Origin: Paraspadella gotoi
Taxonomy: Eukaryota; Animalia; Chaetognatha
Direction of reading: 5' to 3'
Assembly: GCA_051294375.1 (NCBI GenBank)
Contig: CM119269.1
Location: 17,927,026 to 17,991,025, forward strand
DNA length: 64,000 nt
Shown here: positions 63,501 through 64,000 of the stretch, piece after piece
Layout of the letters: the number at the start of each line of letters is the position of its first letter
Numbering within the stretch: position 1 is the first letter of the stretch
The notes under the pieces: generated by a model
Told to the model about the DNA's origin: nothing
Database searches by the model: none
The model's input: only the letters and a program-made list of their open reading frames with translations
Made by a program: the position numbers and the translations under genes

Positions 63501-64000
63501 CGGATAGGGTGAGTCGGTAGCGGCAGCGGCGGGAAAAGAAGAAACAGTGCCGGAAAAGGAAAGTGAAGTGCCGGAATAAAGAGAAGAAGAGACGGAGGAA
63601 CTCGGCGTTGACTGAGAGAGAGAGGAGAGAGAGAGAGAGAGACGCCGTGGGAAAAGGAGGAAAGACGAAAGGCTAACGCGCCGGCCGATGAATCCACATT
63701 GCTCTTCCCACTTTCATAGGAAAAACCTGACTTTATCTTCTTCCCTCGCTCTTTTTTTTTCAAAATTTCATTTTCTTGCACCATATGAGCGCGAATTATG
63801 GCGGAGAGAGGAGAGGAAGGGAGATAAGAAGGAAGGAAGAAAGGCGAAAGGAAACGGTTCAACGAATTCTAATGGCGTCACCCACCCCTTCCTCACGATG
63901 GAATAAAATGGCACCGAAATCGTCGCAAAAAAGTGACGGGAAAAGGAAACATGTTCTCTGCTCTCTCTCTGCTCTCTCTCTCTCTCTCTCTCTCTCTCTC

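Noticed and set aside
14-64000. Many ORFs rich in SLSL, RERE, FLSF, poly-T or poly-V
   Set aside because: Translations of (GA)n, (CTTT)n, (ACG)n and (CAA)n microsatellites; no domain signal.

Overview
Eukaryotic (invertebrate animal, protostome-like) genomic DNA: AT-rich, GT-AG introns, very dense (GA)n/(ACG)n microsatellites, several N gaps, and error-rich stretches (around 0.6-0.8 kb, 41-52 kb and 55-63 kb). Genes reconstructed by hand from splice sites: (1) a 5-HT1-like biogenic-amine GPCR (+, about 0.6-7.05 kb); (2) a tandem trio of intact 11-exon, about 610-aa secreted proteins (signal peptide + propeptide + about 40-Cys region + C-terminal pentraxin domain) at 11.8-17.4, 20.7-25.2 and 28.3-32.3 kb, plus a pentraxin relic; (3) Hey (Orange and YRPW-type tail exons, - strand, with a noisy inverted copy); (4) polyhomeotic (HD1, FCS zinc finger, SAM; - strand, 55.4 kb to beyond 62 kb). 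The most unusual signal is a set of small LTR-type elements with 4-bp TSDs: one complete non-coding TRIM with tRNA-Trp-like PBS and PPT (27419-28075), its solo LTR, and two divergent solo elements. Their LTRs share a 5' hairpin, a tRNA-derived module (clear in two of the three families) and a circularly permuted (P5-type) twister-ribozyme-like fold. This would be a retrozyme-like system built on a twister-like RNA; catalytic activity is not shown. Penelope-like relics, a TIR DNA transposon and MITEs are also present.
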